Of a DNA stretch of 64,000 bases, positions 10,570-19,641 are shown piece by piece (the stretch's first letter is position 1; the number at the start of each line of letters is the position of its first letter). Under the pieces are notes generated by a model. It saw only the letters and a program-made list of their open reading frames with translations, was not told where the DNA came from and ran no database searches. Position numbers and translations under genes: made by a program. The stretch lies in contig JAYPPO010000002.1 in assembly GCA_038131485.1 (NCBI GenBank), positions 845,207-909,206 on the forward strand, in the 5' to 3' direction. The DNA is from Alphaproteobacteria bacterium. Its GTDB lineage: Bacteria > Pseudomonadota > Alphaproteobacteria > MPNO01 > UBA830.

Positions 10570-11000
10570 CCGTCGCCGGGCTCGATCTCGTGAACGAGCC
10601 GGATCTTGCCGCGTCGCCCGAGCATGCCCTGCATGTCGCGTGCGCCTTCTGGCGCTGGAAGGATCTCAATCCCCTCTGCGAGCCGGGCGGTTTCGTCGCC
10701 GTCACGAAACGGATCAACGGCGGGACGAACGGCATGGCGGACCGGCGCGAGTGGCTGCAGAAGGTCGAACGTATCCTGGGCGACGACGCGGCATCCGGCG
10801 CCGCGCCGGAGCCGGATGTCGAGACCGTGGTTGCGGTACAGCGGGCCTTGCAGGAGTTCGGCTATCCCGAGGTCGGGGCCGCCGACGGGCTTATCGGATC
10901 GAGAACGAATGCCGCCATTCATCGGTTCCGCCAGCAGAACGGCCTGCCGCCCGGCGGCATAGATGCGGTCCTGCTCGAGGCGCTCGGCCTCGATCTCTAG
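10570..11000 (+). pseudogene. GH19-family lysozyme/chitinase-like with C-terminal peptidoglycan-binding domain; 5'-truncated by IS copy 2
   Basis: …ACAFWRWKDLNPLCEPGGFVAVTKRINGGTNGMADRREWL (GH19 C-terminal signature), then a PG_binding_1-like region (VQRALQEFGY…DGLIGSRTNAAIHRFRQQNGL). The reading frame runs straight out of the IS terminus. No N-terminal half is present upstream. Confidence 0.65.
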
Positions 11001-11080
11001 GCCCCGGCCGGACGAAGAGCCGCGCACGGCTTAATCGGCTTGCGTGCGTGCTCACGCGGTGGCAGCTTGCGGCCCACGGT

Positions 11081-11157
11081 GGGCCTGTAGTTCAGCTGGT
11101 TAGAACGCTCCGCTCATAACGGAGTTGTCGGGGGTTCGAGTCCCTCCGGGCCCACCA
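11081..11157 (+). tRNA. tRNA with anticodon CAT (elongator Met, or Ile2 if lysidinylated)
   Basis: 77 nt. Full cloverleaf: acceptor GGGCCTG/CGGGCCC (G1-C72, so not initiator), D-stem GTTC/GAAC, anticodon stem CTCCG/CGGAG with loop CT-CAT-AA, T-arm GGGGG-TTCGAGT-CCCTC, discriminator A, encoded CCA. Confidence 0.85.
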
Positions 11158-11355
11158 TTTTCCTTTGCCGCCCCATTCCTTTGCCGTCGTCCGCCGACCC
11201 TGCGTGCGGATCCGGGTTCGAGAACAGTCCTCTCGCCTTCACCGTTTCCGCTTGCGGCGAAGGGAACGGCCGCGCCCGGATGCCATAGCGTCCCGGGCCG
11301 GGCGCGCTATTATGGCGGTGAATAAGAACGATGCCGCGAGAGGGGAGAGACTTCC

Positions 11356-12642
11356 GTGCTGAACGACGACAGGAACAGGCTGGTCACGCAGACCGGGCTG
11401 GGAACGCCGATGGGTGCGTTGTTCCGACGCTACTGGATTCCGTTCCTGCTGTCGCACGAGGTCGCAGAGCCCGACGGAACGCCTGTGCGTGTCACGCTTC
11501 TGTCCGAGAAACTGATCGCGTTCCGCGACACCGAGGGCCGCATCGGGCTGATCGAGGAATTCTGCGCCCACCGGCGCGTCTCTCTGTGGTTTGGCCGCAA
11601 TGAGGATTGCGGCCTGCGGTGCCCCTATCACGGCTGGAAGTTTGACGTCGAAGGCAACTGCGTTGATATCCCGTCCGAGCCGGAAAACAGTGTCATCAAG
11701 CAGGAAGCTAGGCTGACCTCCTACCCTTGCGTCGAGCGCGGTGGCATCGTCTGGGCCTATATGGGCCCGCCCGAGGAGCGCCCGCCGGAGCCAGCTTTTG
11801 AATGGACGACGGTGCCGGAGACCCAACGCTATCACACTAAGCGGTTGCAGGAGTGCAACTACCTGCAGGCGCTTGAAGGCGGCATCGATTCCAGCCACGT
11901 CGGCCATCTGCACACTGGCGAGCTAAAGAGCGATCCGCTGCATCACGGCTCAAAAGGTTCGGACTATCACCTGAAAGACCGCAAACCTCGCTTCGAGGTG
12001 AGGGAGTCTGCCGGCGGGCTCAACATGGGCGTGCGGCGCAACGCGGGCGAGGACAAGTTCTACTGGCGCGTCACCCCTTGGATCATGCCCTGGTACACGA
12101 TCGTGCCGCCCTATGGCGACAACCCGCTGCACGGTCACGCGTGGGTGCCGATCGACGACGATAACTGCTTCGCCTGGACGTTCTCCTATCATCCGAGCCG
12201 TCCACTGAGTGCACTCGAGATCAAGGTTATGACGGAAGGCGGTAGCCTCCACGTGAAGCAGGACCCGGTCACGTTCCGCCCAGTGGCGAACCGCGACAAC
12301 GACTATCTGATCGACCGCGCAGCGCAGAAGGCGGGCACCGCGTCGAGCGGCGTGAAGGGCATCGCGATGCAGGACGCCTCTATCCAGGAGAGTATGGGCC
12401 ATGTCGCTAATCGCGCGCGCGAAAATCTCGTGATGACCGACCGCGGCATCGCGCTGGCGCGCCGCCAGCTCATGAAGGCGGCGGAGGAACTGCAGCAGAG
12501 TGGAGTAGCGCCGCCTGGGCTCGATCCCGCGGCACAGGCGGTTAGGTCCGCCTCATTCGAACTAGACCGCGAGATTCCGTTTGACGGGGCGCCAGGCGAG
12601 CCGCTTCGCGTGAAACAGGGCGTCTCCCACACTTCGATCTGA
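11356..12642 (+). CDS. Rieske non-heme iron oxygenase, alpha (catalytic) subunit, alpha-only type
   Basis: Rieske motif CAHRRVSLWFGRNEDCGLRCPYHGW (CxH…CxxH). Mononuclear-iron region …HVGHLH… 428 aa. No beta subunit, ferredoxin or reductase adjacent. Confidence 0.85.
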   Translation: MLNDDRNRLVTQTGLGTPMGALFRRYWIPFLLSHEVAEPDGTPVRVTLLSEKLIAFRDTEGRIGLIEEFCAHRRVSLWFGRNEDCGLRCPYHGWKFDVEGNCVDIPSEPENSVIKQEARLTSYPCVERGGIVWAYMGPPEERPPEPAFEWTTVPETQRYHTKRLQECNYLQALEGGIDSSHVGHLHTGELKSDPLHHGSKGSDYHLKDRKPRFEVRESAGGLNMGVRRNAGEDKFYWRVTPWIMPWYTIVPPYGDNPLHGHAWVPIDDDNCFAWTFSYHPSRPLSALEIKVMTEGGSLHVKQDPVTFRPVANRDNDYLIDRAAQKAGTASSGVKGIAMQDASIQESMGHVANRARENLVMTDRGIALARRQLMKAAEELQQSGVAPPGLDPAAQAVRSASFELDREIPFDGAPGEPLRVKQGVSHTSI

Positions 12643-12658
12643 CTGAAAGGATTATCCG

Positions 12659-13492
12659 TTGACCGACGAGCTCGATCCGCGCGCTGCCGGCGCCCGCCGC
12701 CTGAAAGATAAAGTCTGCGTCGTTACAGGCGCAGGCCAGGGAATCGGCCGCGCCATTGCGAAGCGCCTCGGGCAGGAGGGCGGACGCATCGTCGTCGTCG
12801 ACCGCGTCGACGACGGCGTTAGCGAGACCCTAGCTTCCCTAAAAGGGAACGGGGTTAAGGCGGTGAAGGCGCTGGTCGACCTAAGCAGCTACGAAGGTGC
12901 CGAGGAGATGATCAAGACCGCGACCGATGCCTTCGGTCGGGTCGACGTGCTCGTAAACAATGTCGGCGGCACGATCTGGATGAAGCCGTTCCACCTGTAT
13001 GAGGCCGACGAGATCGAGCTGGAGCTCGAACGATCGCTCAAGCCCACCCTTTGGGGCTGCCGCAGTGTTTTGCCGGTAATGATGGCGCAGGAGAAGGGCT
13101 CCATCGTCAATATCGGCTCCCAGTCGGTGCGCGGTCTCTACCGCCTACCCTACGCATCTAGTAAGGGCGGTATCCTCGCGCTGACCAAGGTGCTGGCGAT
13201 GGAATATGGCCGCTACGGCATCCGTGTGAACACGGTCTCGCCCGGCGGCACGGATATCCCGGACCGGGTTACATCGCGCCTTTCGATCCGGCCTGGTGTA
13301 ATTGCCGAGGACCTGCCGCAGAAGGAGGCCGATGCGTATCGCGCTGAGATGAGCGCCGACATCCGGAGCCAGCAGGCGCTCAAACGACGCGGCATACCCG
13401 CGGAACACGCCGCCGCCGTTGCCTTCCTCGCATCTGACGACGCGAGCTTCATCACTGGTGACAATATCAATTGCAGCGGAGGGCAGTCGTGA
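12659..13492 (+). CDS. SDR-family oxidoreductase (cis-diol dehydrogenase-like)
   Basis: VTGAGQGIGRAIA Rossmann motif. YxxxK-type catalytic region. 277 aa. TTG start. Confidence 0.8.
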   Translation: MTDELDPRAAGARRLKDKVCVVTGAGQGIGRAIAKRLGQEGGRIVVVDRVDDGVSETLASLKGNGVKAVKALVDLSSYEGAEEMIKTATDAFGRVDVLVNNVGGTIWMKPFHLYEADEIELELERSLKPTLWGCRSVLPVMMAQEKGSIVNIGSQSVRGLYRLPYASSKGGILALTKVLAMEYGRYGIRVNTVSPGGTDIPDRVTSRLSIRPGVIAEDLPQKEADAYRAEMSADIRSQQALKRRGIPAEHAAAVAFLASDDASFITGDNINCSGGQS

Positions 13493-13546
13493 TATTCGAA
13501 TGGTAATGCCCCTCGACAATCGGGCGCCGCCGCCTATCTTGATGCG

Positions 13547-15658
13547 ATGACCTCCGAAAATTTATTGCCTACTGCACCTGCCGCCGACCGCCGCTCCTAC
13601 ACAGTCGACCGCCACGGCCGTATCATCGACGACCCCTATCACTGGCTCCGCGACCCCGACTGGCAGCGCGTCATGCGAGAACCAGATGCTCTGCAGGCTG
13701 AAATCCGGGCGCATCTCGATGCTGAGAATGGTTGGACCGAAGCGGCGCTCGCACCTGTCGCAGGTCTCCGTGCAAAGCTGTTGGCCGAGCTTAGGGGCCG
13801 CATTAAGGAAAACGATTCCTCTGTCCCCATGCCCGATGGGCCGTGGGAATATTACCAGCGCTTCGTCGAGGGCGGGCAATATCCGCTGCTGTGCCGCCGG
13901 CCGCGTGGAGACGAAAGCACCGCTGCCGAACAGGTGCTGATCGACGGTAACGCCGAGGCGGAGGGCGAGAGCTTTTTTGCGATCCACGGGGCGGTTCACA
14001 CGCCAGATCATGTCCTCTTCGCCACCGCAATTGATCGTAACGGCTCGGAATACTGCACTGTCGAGTTCCGCTGTCTGAAGACGGGAGAGGTTCTGTCCGA
14101 CCGGCTGGCCAACGCTCAGGGCGATATGGCGTTCTCGGCCGATGGCGCATACCTGTTCTATACCGTGCTAGATGACAATCACCGGCCGTCGCGGGTCTAT
14201 CGCCACCGGATGGGCGATGATCCTGCGGACGACGCGCTGGTCTACGAAGATCCGGACCCTGGGTTCTATCTCGGGCTCGGCAAGATGGAGAGTGGGCACT
14301 ACATCGCGATCGGCGCACATGACCACGCCGATACCTCCGAGATCCACCTGATCGATGCTTCTACACCCACTGCGGCACTTCGCATGATCGCTGCGCGGGA
14401 TAAGGGCGTGACCTACGACGTTTCTAATCGAGGCAATCGGCTGTTCGTTCTCACTAATATCGGTGGCGCGGTCGACTTCCGGATCATGGAGGCACCGCTC
14501 GACCAACCGGCACCCGAGAACTGGCAAGAAATCATACCGCACTGCGAGGGGCGGTTGATCCGTTCAATGCTGGTGTTTTTCCGCTGGCTCGTTCGACTGG
14601 AGCGCGAGAACGCGCTGCCGCGTATCGTCGTCCGCGATCTGGAGAGCGGCGAGGAGCACGCGATCACCTTCGAGGAGGAAGCCTACGATTTGCAGCTGGT
14701 CCCGGGCCACGAATTCGAGACCGACACGCTGCGCTTCGTCTATTCGTCACCAACGACACCGTCGCGCGTCTACGACTACGACATGGCCGCGCGGACCAGG
14801 AAATTGAGAAAAAAGCAGGAGATCCCGTCCGGCCACGATCCCGAAAAATACGTCTGCCGCCGAGTCTTCGCTAAGAGCCATGACGGTACAAAGGTGCCTG
14901 TGACCGTTCTACATGCTAAAGACACGCCGCTCGACGGCTCGGCGCCAATGCTGCTCTACGGCTACGGCTCCTATGGTATCTCGATCCCGGCATCGTTTTC
15001 ACCCAACCAATTCAGCCTTGTCGACCGCGGCTTCGTGTACGCTATCGCGCATATTCGGGGCGGCACTGAGGGTGGCTATGGCTGGTATCTCGACGGCAAG
15101 CTCGAGAAAAAGAAGAACACGTTCCTTGATTTTATCGCCGCCGCCGAGCACCTGATCGCGGACGATTATACTTCGGCGGGGCGCATTGTCGCCGAGGGCC
15201 GCAGCGCCGGCGGCATGTTGATGGGGGCGGTCGCTAACATGCGCCCCGACCTGTTTGCCGGCGTCATTAGCGAGGTGCCGTTCGTAGACGTGATTAACAC
15301 CATGTGCGACGACACGCTGCCACTGACGCCGCCCGAATGGGTGGAGTGGGGCAACCCGATCACTGACGAGACCGCATTTAAATACATGGCGTCCTACTGC
15401 CCCTACACCAATATCGAAGACAAGGCGTATCCCAACGTACTGGCGACCGGCGGGCTAACGGACCCGCGCGTCACCTACTGGGAGCCCGCCAAGTGGGCGG
15501 CGAAGCTGCGCCACCACAACACTGCCGACACGCAGGTGCTTCTCTATACTAACATGGACGCGGGCCATGGCGGCGCCGCCGGCCGTTTCGACCGGCTGGA
15601 GGAAGTGGCGCTGTCGTGGGCGTTTTCGATCATGGTGACGGATACGAACGCTACCTGA
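13547..15658 (+). CDS. ptrB: S9A prolyl oligopeptidase family; oligopeptidase B-like
   Basis: 703 aa. N-terminal beta-propeller, then C-terminal alpha/beta hydrolase with GRSAGG nucleophile elbow. Confidence 0.8.
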   Translation: MTSENLLPTAPAADRRSYTVDRHGRIIDDPYHWLRDPDWQRVMREPDALQAEIRAHLDAENGWTEAALAPVAGLRAKLLAELRGRIKENDSSVPMPDGPWEYYQRFVEGGQYPLLCRRPRGDESTAAEQVLIDGNAEAEGESFFAIHGAVHTPDHVLFATAIDRNGSEYCTVEFRCLKTGEVLSDRLANAQGDMAFSADGAYLFYTVLDDNHRPSRVYRHRMGDDPADDALVYEDPDPGFYLGLGKMESGHYIAIGAHDHADTSEIHLIDASTPTAALRMIAARDKGVTYDVSNRGNRLFVLTNIGGAVDFRIMEAPLDQPAPENWQEIIPHCEGRLIRSMLVFFRWLVRLERENALPRIVVRDLESGEEHAITFEEEAYDLQLVPGHEFETDTLRFVYSSPTTPSRVYDYDMAARTRKLRKKQEIPSGHDPEKYVCRRVFAKSHDGTKVPVTVLHAKDTPLDGSAPMLLYGYGSYGISIPASFSPNQFSLVDRGFVYAIAHIRGGTEGGYGWYLDGKLEKKKNTFLDFIAAAEHLIADDYTSAGRIVAEGRSAGGMLMGAVANMRPDLFAGVISEVPFVDVINTMCDDTLPLTPPEWVEWGNPITDETAFKYMASYCPYTNIEDKAYPNVLATGGLTDPRVTYWEPAKWAAKLRHHNTADTQVLLYTNMDAGHGGAAGRFDRLEEVALSWAFSIMVTDTNAT

Positions 15659-15662
15659 AACG

Positions 15663-15690
15663 GACAGGTCGGGGACCTGTCGCTGCGCAT
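15663..15690. terminator. hairpin between convergent ptrB and dienelactone hydrolase genes
   Basis: ACAGGTC-GGGG-ACCTGT stem-loop right after the ptrB stop. Confidence 0.4.
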
Positions 15691-15741
15691 GCTGTTCATA
15701 TTTTCGGGGGGCGTCTCATAGCGACCCGCCGCCACTCTGAC

Positions 15742-16476
15742 CTAGAGCGTCTCGTCGAAGAAATCCCGCATCAGGCGGTAGGTTTGGTCGCACAGGCGCT
15801 GGTCGTATCGCTGGATGTTGTCGTCAGCGTCGCGGACGCAGAAGCCATGAGGCGCGCCGCCGAACATCATCGTCTGCCAGTCGACGCCGGCCATCGTCAA
15901 CTCGGTCTCGAACGAGTCCACTTGTGGGACGGGCGTCACGATGTCGCGGCTGCCGTGGACGATCAGGACTTTACCTTTGATGTCGGATGGTCGGTTCGGC
16001 GCAACGGTCATCGGCAGCGTGACATGGATAAAGACCGAACCCTTGTAGTCGGCGCCGGCACGGATCTGTTCCGTCAGGAACCCGCCGCCCATGCAGTAGC
16101 CAACGGCGACCTTGTTCGACGCGTCGATCAGTCCGAGCTTCTCTGCCTCCGCCGTCAGAGCCTTGTCTGCCGTCGTGCCGCAGCCGAGGATGAACTCGAT
16201 GTCGGAGCGCTTAGCGCGAGCGATCGGGCCTAGCTGTTCGTTAGTCTTCTGCATACCGCCGTAGTTCTTGCCGAACATGTCGGCTAGAAGGATTACGTAA
16301 TGGGCGTCACCAAGCGCATCGGTCGCCATCTCGATTGTGTGCGAACACACGCCGAGCCAGTCAGGCTGCATGAAGACGGCCGGCCGCTTGCCCGAATGGG
16401 CATCGTTGTAAACGAGCATCCCCTGATACTGATCGCCATCATATTCGTACGGTACCGGATGTTCAGTGATCGCCAT
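15742..16476 (-). CDS. dienelactone hydrolase family protein
   Basis: 244 aa. GYCMGGG nucleophile motif, His near the C-terminus. DLH fold. Confidence 0.8.
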   Translation of the reverse strand: MAITEHPVPYEYDGDQYQGMLVYNDAHSGKRPAVFMQPDWLGVCSHTIEMATDALGDAHYVILLADMFGKNYGGMQKTNEQLGPIARAKRSDIEFILGCGTTADKALTAEAEKLGLIDASNKVAVGYCMGGGFLTEQIRAGADYKGSVFIHVTLPMTVAPNRPSDIKGKVLIVHGSRDIVTPVPQVDSFETELTMAGVDWQTMMFGGAPHGFCVRDADDNIQRYDQRLCDQTYRLMRDFFDETL

Positions 16477-16780
16477 TCTGCATCTCCCTTGACTTCACAG
16501 CGAGTCTAGCGTTCCAGAGCGAGCCGTAACACCTGTCTATTGCCGCAACCGACGATAAATCCTGGGTGTCGCCCGTTATTCCATCTTGGTGATTTCCGCG
16601 GCAAGGTCGGAACATGCGGCCGGGCCGATGGACCAGTCCCATTGCGCGTCGTCCTGGTCGGCAAGTGCGACCGCGCGCCCAAGAAATGCCGCCAGTAAGA
16701 CTTTACGCCTCAACTCATTCGTTCGTTCCCGAAACCCAGCCAGAAAAAAGGGGACGTCAAGACCGCCTCCTTTCAAGGTT

Positions 16781-17731
16781 CTATTCTACGAACCGGCCGA
16801 TAAATTTCTCGGGCGGGGGCTCGCCCCACTGGGAAATCAGGCCTTCCTCGACGGACATGACCTCGCCGCCATTGGCGACATTGAGACGGTCGCTGTCGGC
16901 CCAGTGCTCGTGCACGCGGCCCCACGGATCCGACCAGTAGTCGTAGACCTGGCTGCCGAGCAGATGACGGCCGATGCCCCACATATGCTCGTACTTGCCA
17001 AGCTTTTCGAGATAGTTGTGGCCGGTAAAGACGTCGTCCACGTCGTGTACCTCGAACGACAGGTGGTTTAGCCCGGCATGGCCATGCTGCATGCAGAAGA
17101 AAACGTGGTGATCGACGTATTCGTCGCCCTGGTCGACCCGGTTGAATGAACCGATGATGTTGTTCTCCTCGCCTGCATAAACGTCGTCGGAGCAAACGAA
17201 GCCGAGCGTATCTCGGAACCATTTGACGGTTCCCGCGAGATCAGGCGAGCCCATGACGCCGTGCCCGATACGCTTCACGCGCGACGGGCCCTGGTGTATC
17301 CGCATCAGTTCGCCAGCGCGATTGTTACTTTCGGGGCCAGAGTTCAGCTTCTGGAAACGCACTGGGATGGGGTCGAGCTGCTCGATGCCCCAGACCACCT
17401 CGATCTGATAGCCGTTCGGCTCGCTCAGGCGCACGCGCCTGCCGCCGCCGGGCTCGTCGATGTCCTCGACCGCCGAGGCGCCCGGCACTTCCAGCGAGAG
17501 CTTCTCGAGGTCTTCTTCGCTCGAGGCGTTATAGGCGAAACCAACGAACTTAGGATCGCCCTTCTCCGTGATGTGGATATGGTGGTCCGGGTCCGTCCCG
17601 CGCATGTAGAGCGCGTCATCGGTGCGCGCCGAGCGCACCATGCCGAATTCGGTCAGGAACTCTTCCATCACGTCCAGATCGGGCGCCCGCAGGCGTCCGT
17701 ATGCGATATCCCGTACTTTGACGATGGGCAT
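16781..17731 (-). CDS. extradiol ring-cleavage dioxygenase (type I, VOC superfamily; catechol 2,3-dioxygenase-like)
   Basis: 316 aa two-domain VOC. …HHVFFCMQHGHAGLNHLSFEV… metal-ligand pattern similar to XylE/BphC. Confidence 0.75.
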   Translation of the reverse strand: MPIVKVRDIAYGRLRAPDLDVMEEFLTEFGMVRSARTDDALYMRGTDPDHHIHITEKGDPKFVGFAYNASSEEDLEKLSLEVPGASAVEDIDEPGGGRRVRLSEPNGYQIEVVWGIEQLDPIPVRFQKLNSGPESNNRAGELMRIHQGPSRVKRIGHGVMGSPDLAGTVKWFRDTLGFVCSDDVYAGEENNIIGSFNRVDQGDEYVDHHVFFCMQHGHAGLNHLSFEVHDVDDVFTGHNYLEKLGKYEHMWGIGRHLLGSQVYDYWSDPWGRVHEHWADSDRLNVANGGEVMSVEEGLISQWGEPPPEKFIGRFVE

Positions 17732-18119
17732 GATCTTTCCTCCGAGGGTATTGGTTGTTCGTATGCGTTCTTCGTAGGGCGAATAATCGCAAATTGCGGC
17801 CGTCGAGAAAACGCCTGAGGCTAAGATTTATCAACGGGCCTGCTTGCCCCCTCCTGGACGACCATGATGATACTAACATTGGGTGGCCTGGCCGGGCGTG
17901 CGGGCAGGAACCGCGATTTGATTTCGCCCCTTCGACGCTCTCGAAACCTCAGAATTCCGGAAGTCCCGCGAAAAGGCCGTGGTTATTTGGAAATTTCTTT
18001 TTCGATGCCGTATGGATTCTTAGTCCAGTGGTTCGCGAGCGTGCCGAGATTGAAGATCGTCAAGACCGGGTAGTAGCTGTTTGCCGGGTTTTTATGCCCG
18101 CACCCTTGGCCGGTTCTGC

Positions 18120-19463
18120 TTACCGCCTAATCGCCCAATCCAGCTCTCGGTAATCCGGCACGACCGCGTTTATGGCTGTTCCACTGCGGATCACCGTTCG
18201 GTCGCGCTGCGGCCGCGCGAGGAACTCGCTCCAGTCGCGGGCGCGAAACAGGATCATGTCAGCGGGCCCGCCCGCGGCCAGCCTGCCGACTTCGTTTGCG
18301 CCCATAGTATCGGCGGGCGTGCGAGCGACCGCTGCTGGCCAATCGCCGACGGGATGGTCGAGCTGCGCGATGCGTACCGCCTGGGTGAAAACCTCTGTCA
18401 TGTCGAGGTCGCCCCATGCGTAGAACGGGTCTCGGGTGTTGTCGCTGGAAACCGCGACGGGAATGCCACGCGCCTTCATCTCATGCAGGATCGTGATGCC
18501 CCGCCAGCGCGGCGTCCTACGCGAGGCGTTGGCTTCGGCGGACATGCGAGAGCGGTCCTGGAGATACATGTTGCACATCGGCAGGGCTGCGACGCGCATC
18601 TGCGCTTCTGCCGCGAGATCTAGGGCGCGGTCGATCTCGTCATAGGATCGCAGCGCCAGCGCGCAGCAGTGGCCGACGTTGACCGGCTGGCCATACTTGT
18701 TACGGATTAGCGCCTCGGCAATGGCGTCAAACGATCTAGCTTTCGGGTCGGTCATCTCGTCAACATGGAAATCCAGCTCAAGGTCGCGGTCCATTGCAAG
18801 CCGGATCACCTTGTCTAGAAGTGCATCAGTGTTCTTCTGGATGTTGAGGACCGCGCCCAGAATGCCGCCCGATTCCTTAACCCGGTCGGCGAGGGAGATT
18901 GCGAACCCGTCGTCCGCGTAGGCGGGCAGGATGTCGAGGGCCGACGCCTGCAGGCGAATTCGCCCGGCCCAGTCGGCGCGCATTTCCTCGAAGACCGGCC
19001 AGGAGATCGCATCCTGCGGTGGCGTCGAGTCGAGATGCGTGCGGATCGCCGCGGTACCATGGGCGAACGCGCAGCGAAGCGAGAAGTCCATCCGGGCGCG
19101 CACGTCATCGGCGCCCCAGTTTTCGGAACGGTCGGCGGCGACGGCCGAGATCGCGCTGTCCCGCGTGCCGTCAGGATTGGGCGTGCGCGGCCAGATATGG
19201 CCCTTGTCGAGATGGGTGTGCACGTCGGCAAAGCAAGGAAGTACCATACTCCCATCGAGATCGACCGAGGCGAGCCCGGTTGTCTCGAGCGATCCCGGCG
19301 TGCCCAATGCCTCGATCTGGCCCTTCCGCAGCGCGATGTCTAGGCGGACCAGCCCGTCTGCGTCCACAGACGTCGTTTCCGGCAACCCGTCGATCGCACA
19401 GGCGGGGACGGTCGCATTTCGGAAAAGCACGTCGCCACCAGGTATATCGAGAGCGAAAGTCAT
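18120..19463 (-). CDS. amidohydrolase, cytosine deaminase (CodA)/AtzC-like
   Basis: HTHLD metal-binding motif (CFADVHTHLDKGHIW). …RTHLDS…DFHVDEMTD…GHCCAL… parallels CodA. Start assigned to MTFALDIP (track ORF opens at 19637). Confidence 0.75.
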   Translation of the reverse strand: MTFALDIPGGDVLFRNATVPACAIDGLPETTSVDADGLVRLDIALRKGQIEALGTPGSLETTGLASVDLDGSMVLPCFADVHTHLDKGHIWPRTPNPDGTRDSAISAVAADRSENWGADDVRARMDFSLRCAFAHGTAAIRTHLDSTPPQDAISWPVFEEMRADWAGRIRLQASALDILPAYADDGFAISLADRVKESGGILGAVLNIQKNTDALLDKVIRLAMDRDLELDFHVDEMTDPKARSFDAIAEALIRNKYGQPVNVGHCCALALRSYDEIDRALDLAAEAQMRVAALPMCNMYLQDRSRMSAEANASRRTPRWRGITILHEMKARGIPVAVSSDNTRDPFYAWGDLDMTEVFTQAVRIAQLDHPVGDWPAAVARTPADTMGANEVGRLAAGGPADMILFRARDWSEFLARPQRDRTVIRSGTAINAVVPDYRELDWAIRR

Positions 19464-19641
19464 GGTAGGTCGCAAATTCAACAAGAATGATAGCGCGCGG
19501 GTCGCACTTGGTCTCAAAAAATAATAGAGTACCATACATGCGGGTCGATTGCTGCCCCTTCGCGGTAGGCATGGCCTGACACCCATCTGACAGGATCCGG
19601 CCAGGCTATAGCGTGCGGCCGAAAACAGAGGAGGCACTGGC

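Noticed and set aside
2822-10575. Target-site duplications flanking each IS copy or the composite.
   Set aside because: Flanks are CCGG…TCAA (copy 1), GTAC…CCGT (copy 2), and CCGG…CCGT for the pair. No convincing 3-4 bp direct repeat was found. This is read as evidence of rearrangement, not as a TSD.
16576-16776. 66-aa minus-strand ORF in the dienelactone hydrolase upstream region.
   Set aside because: No ATG/RBS support at its 5' end. Composition looks like noise. It is more likely to be promoter/5'-UTR DNA.
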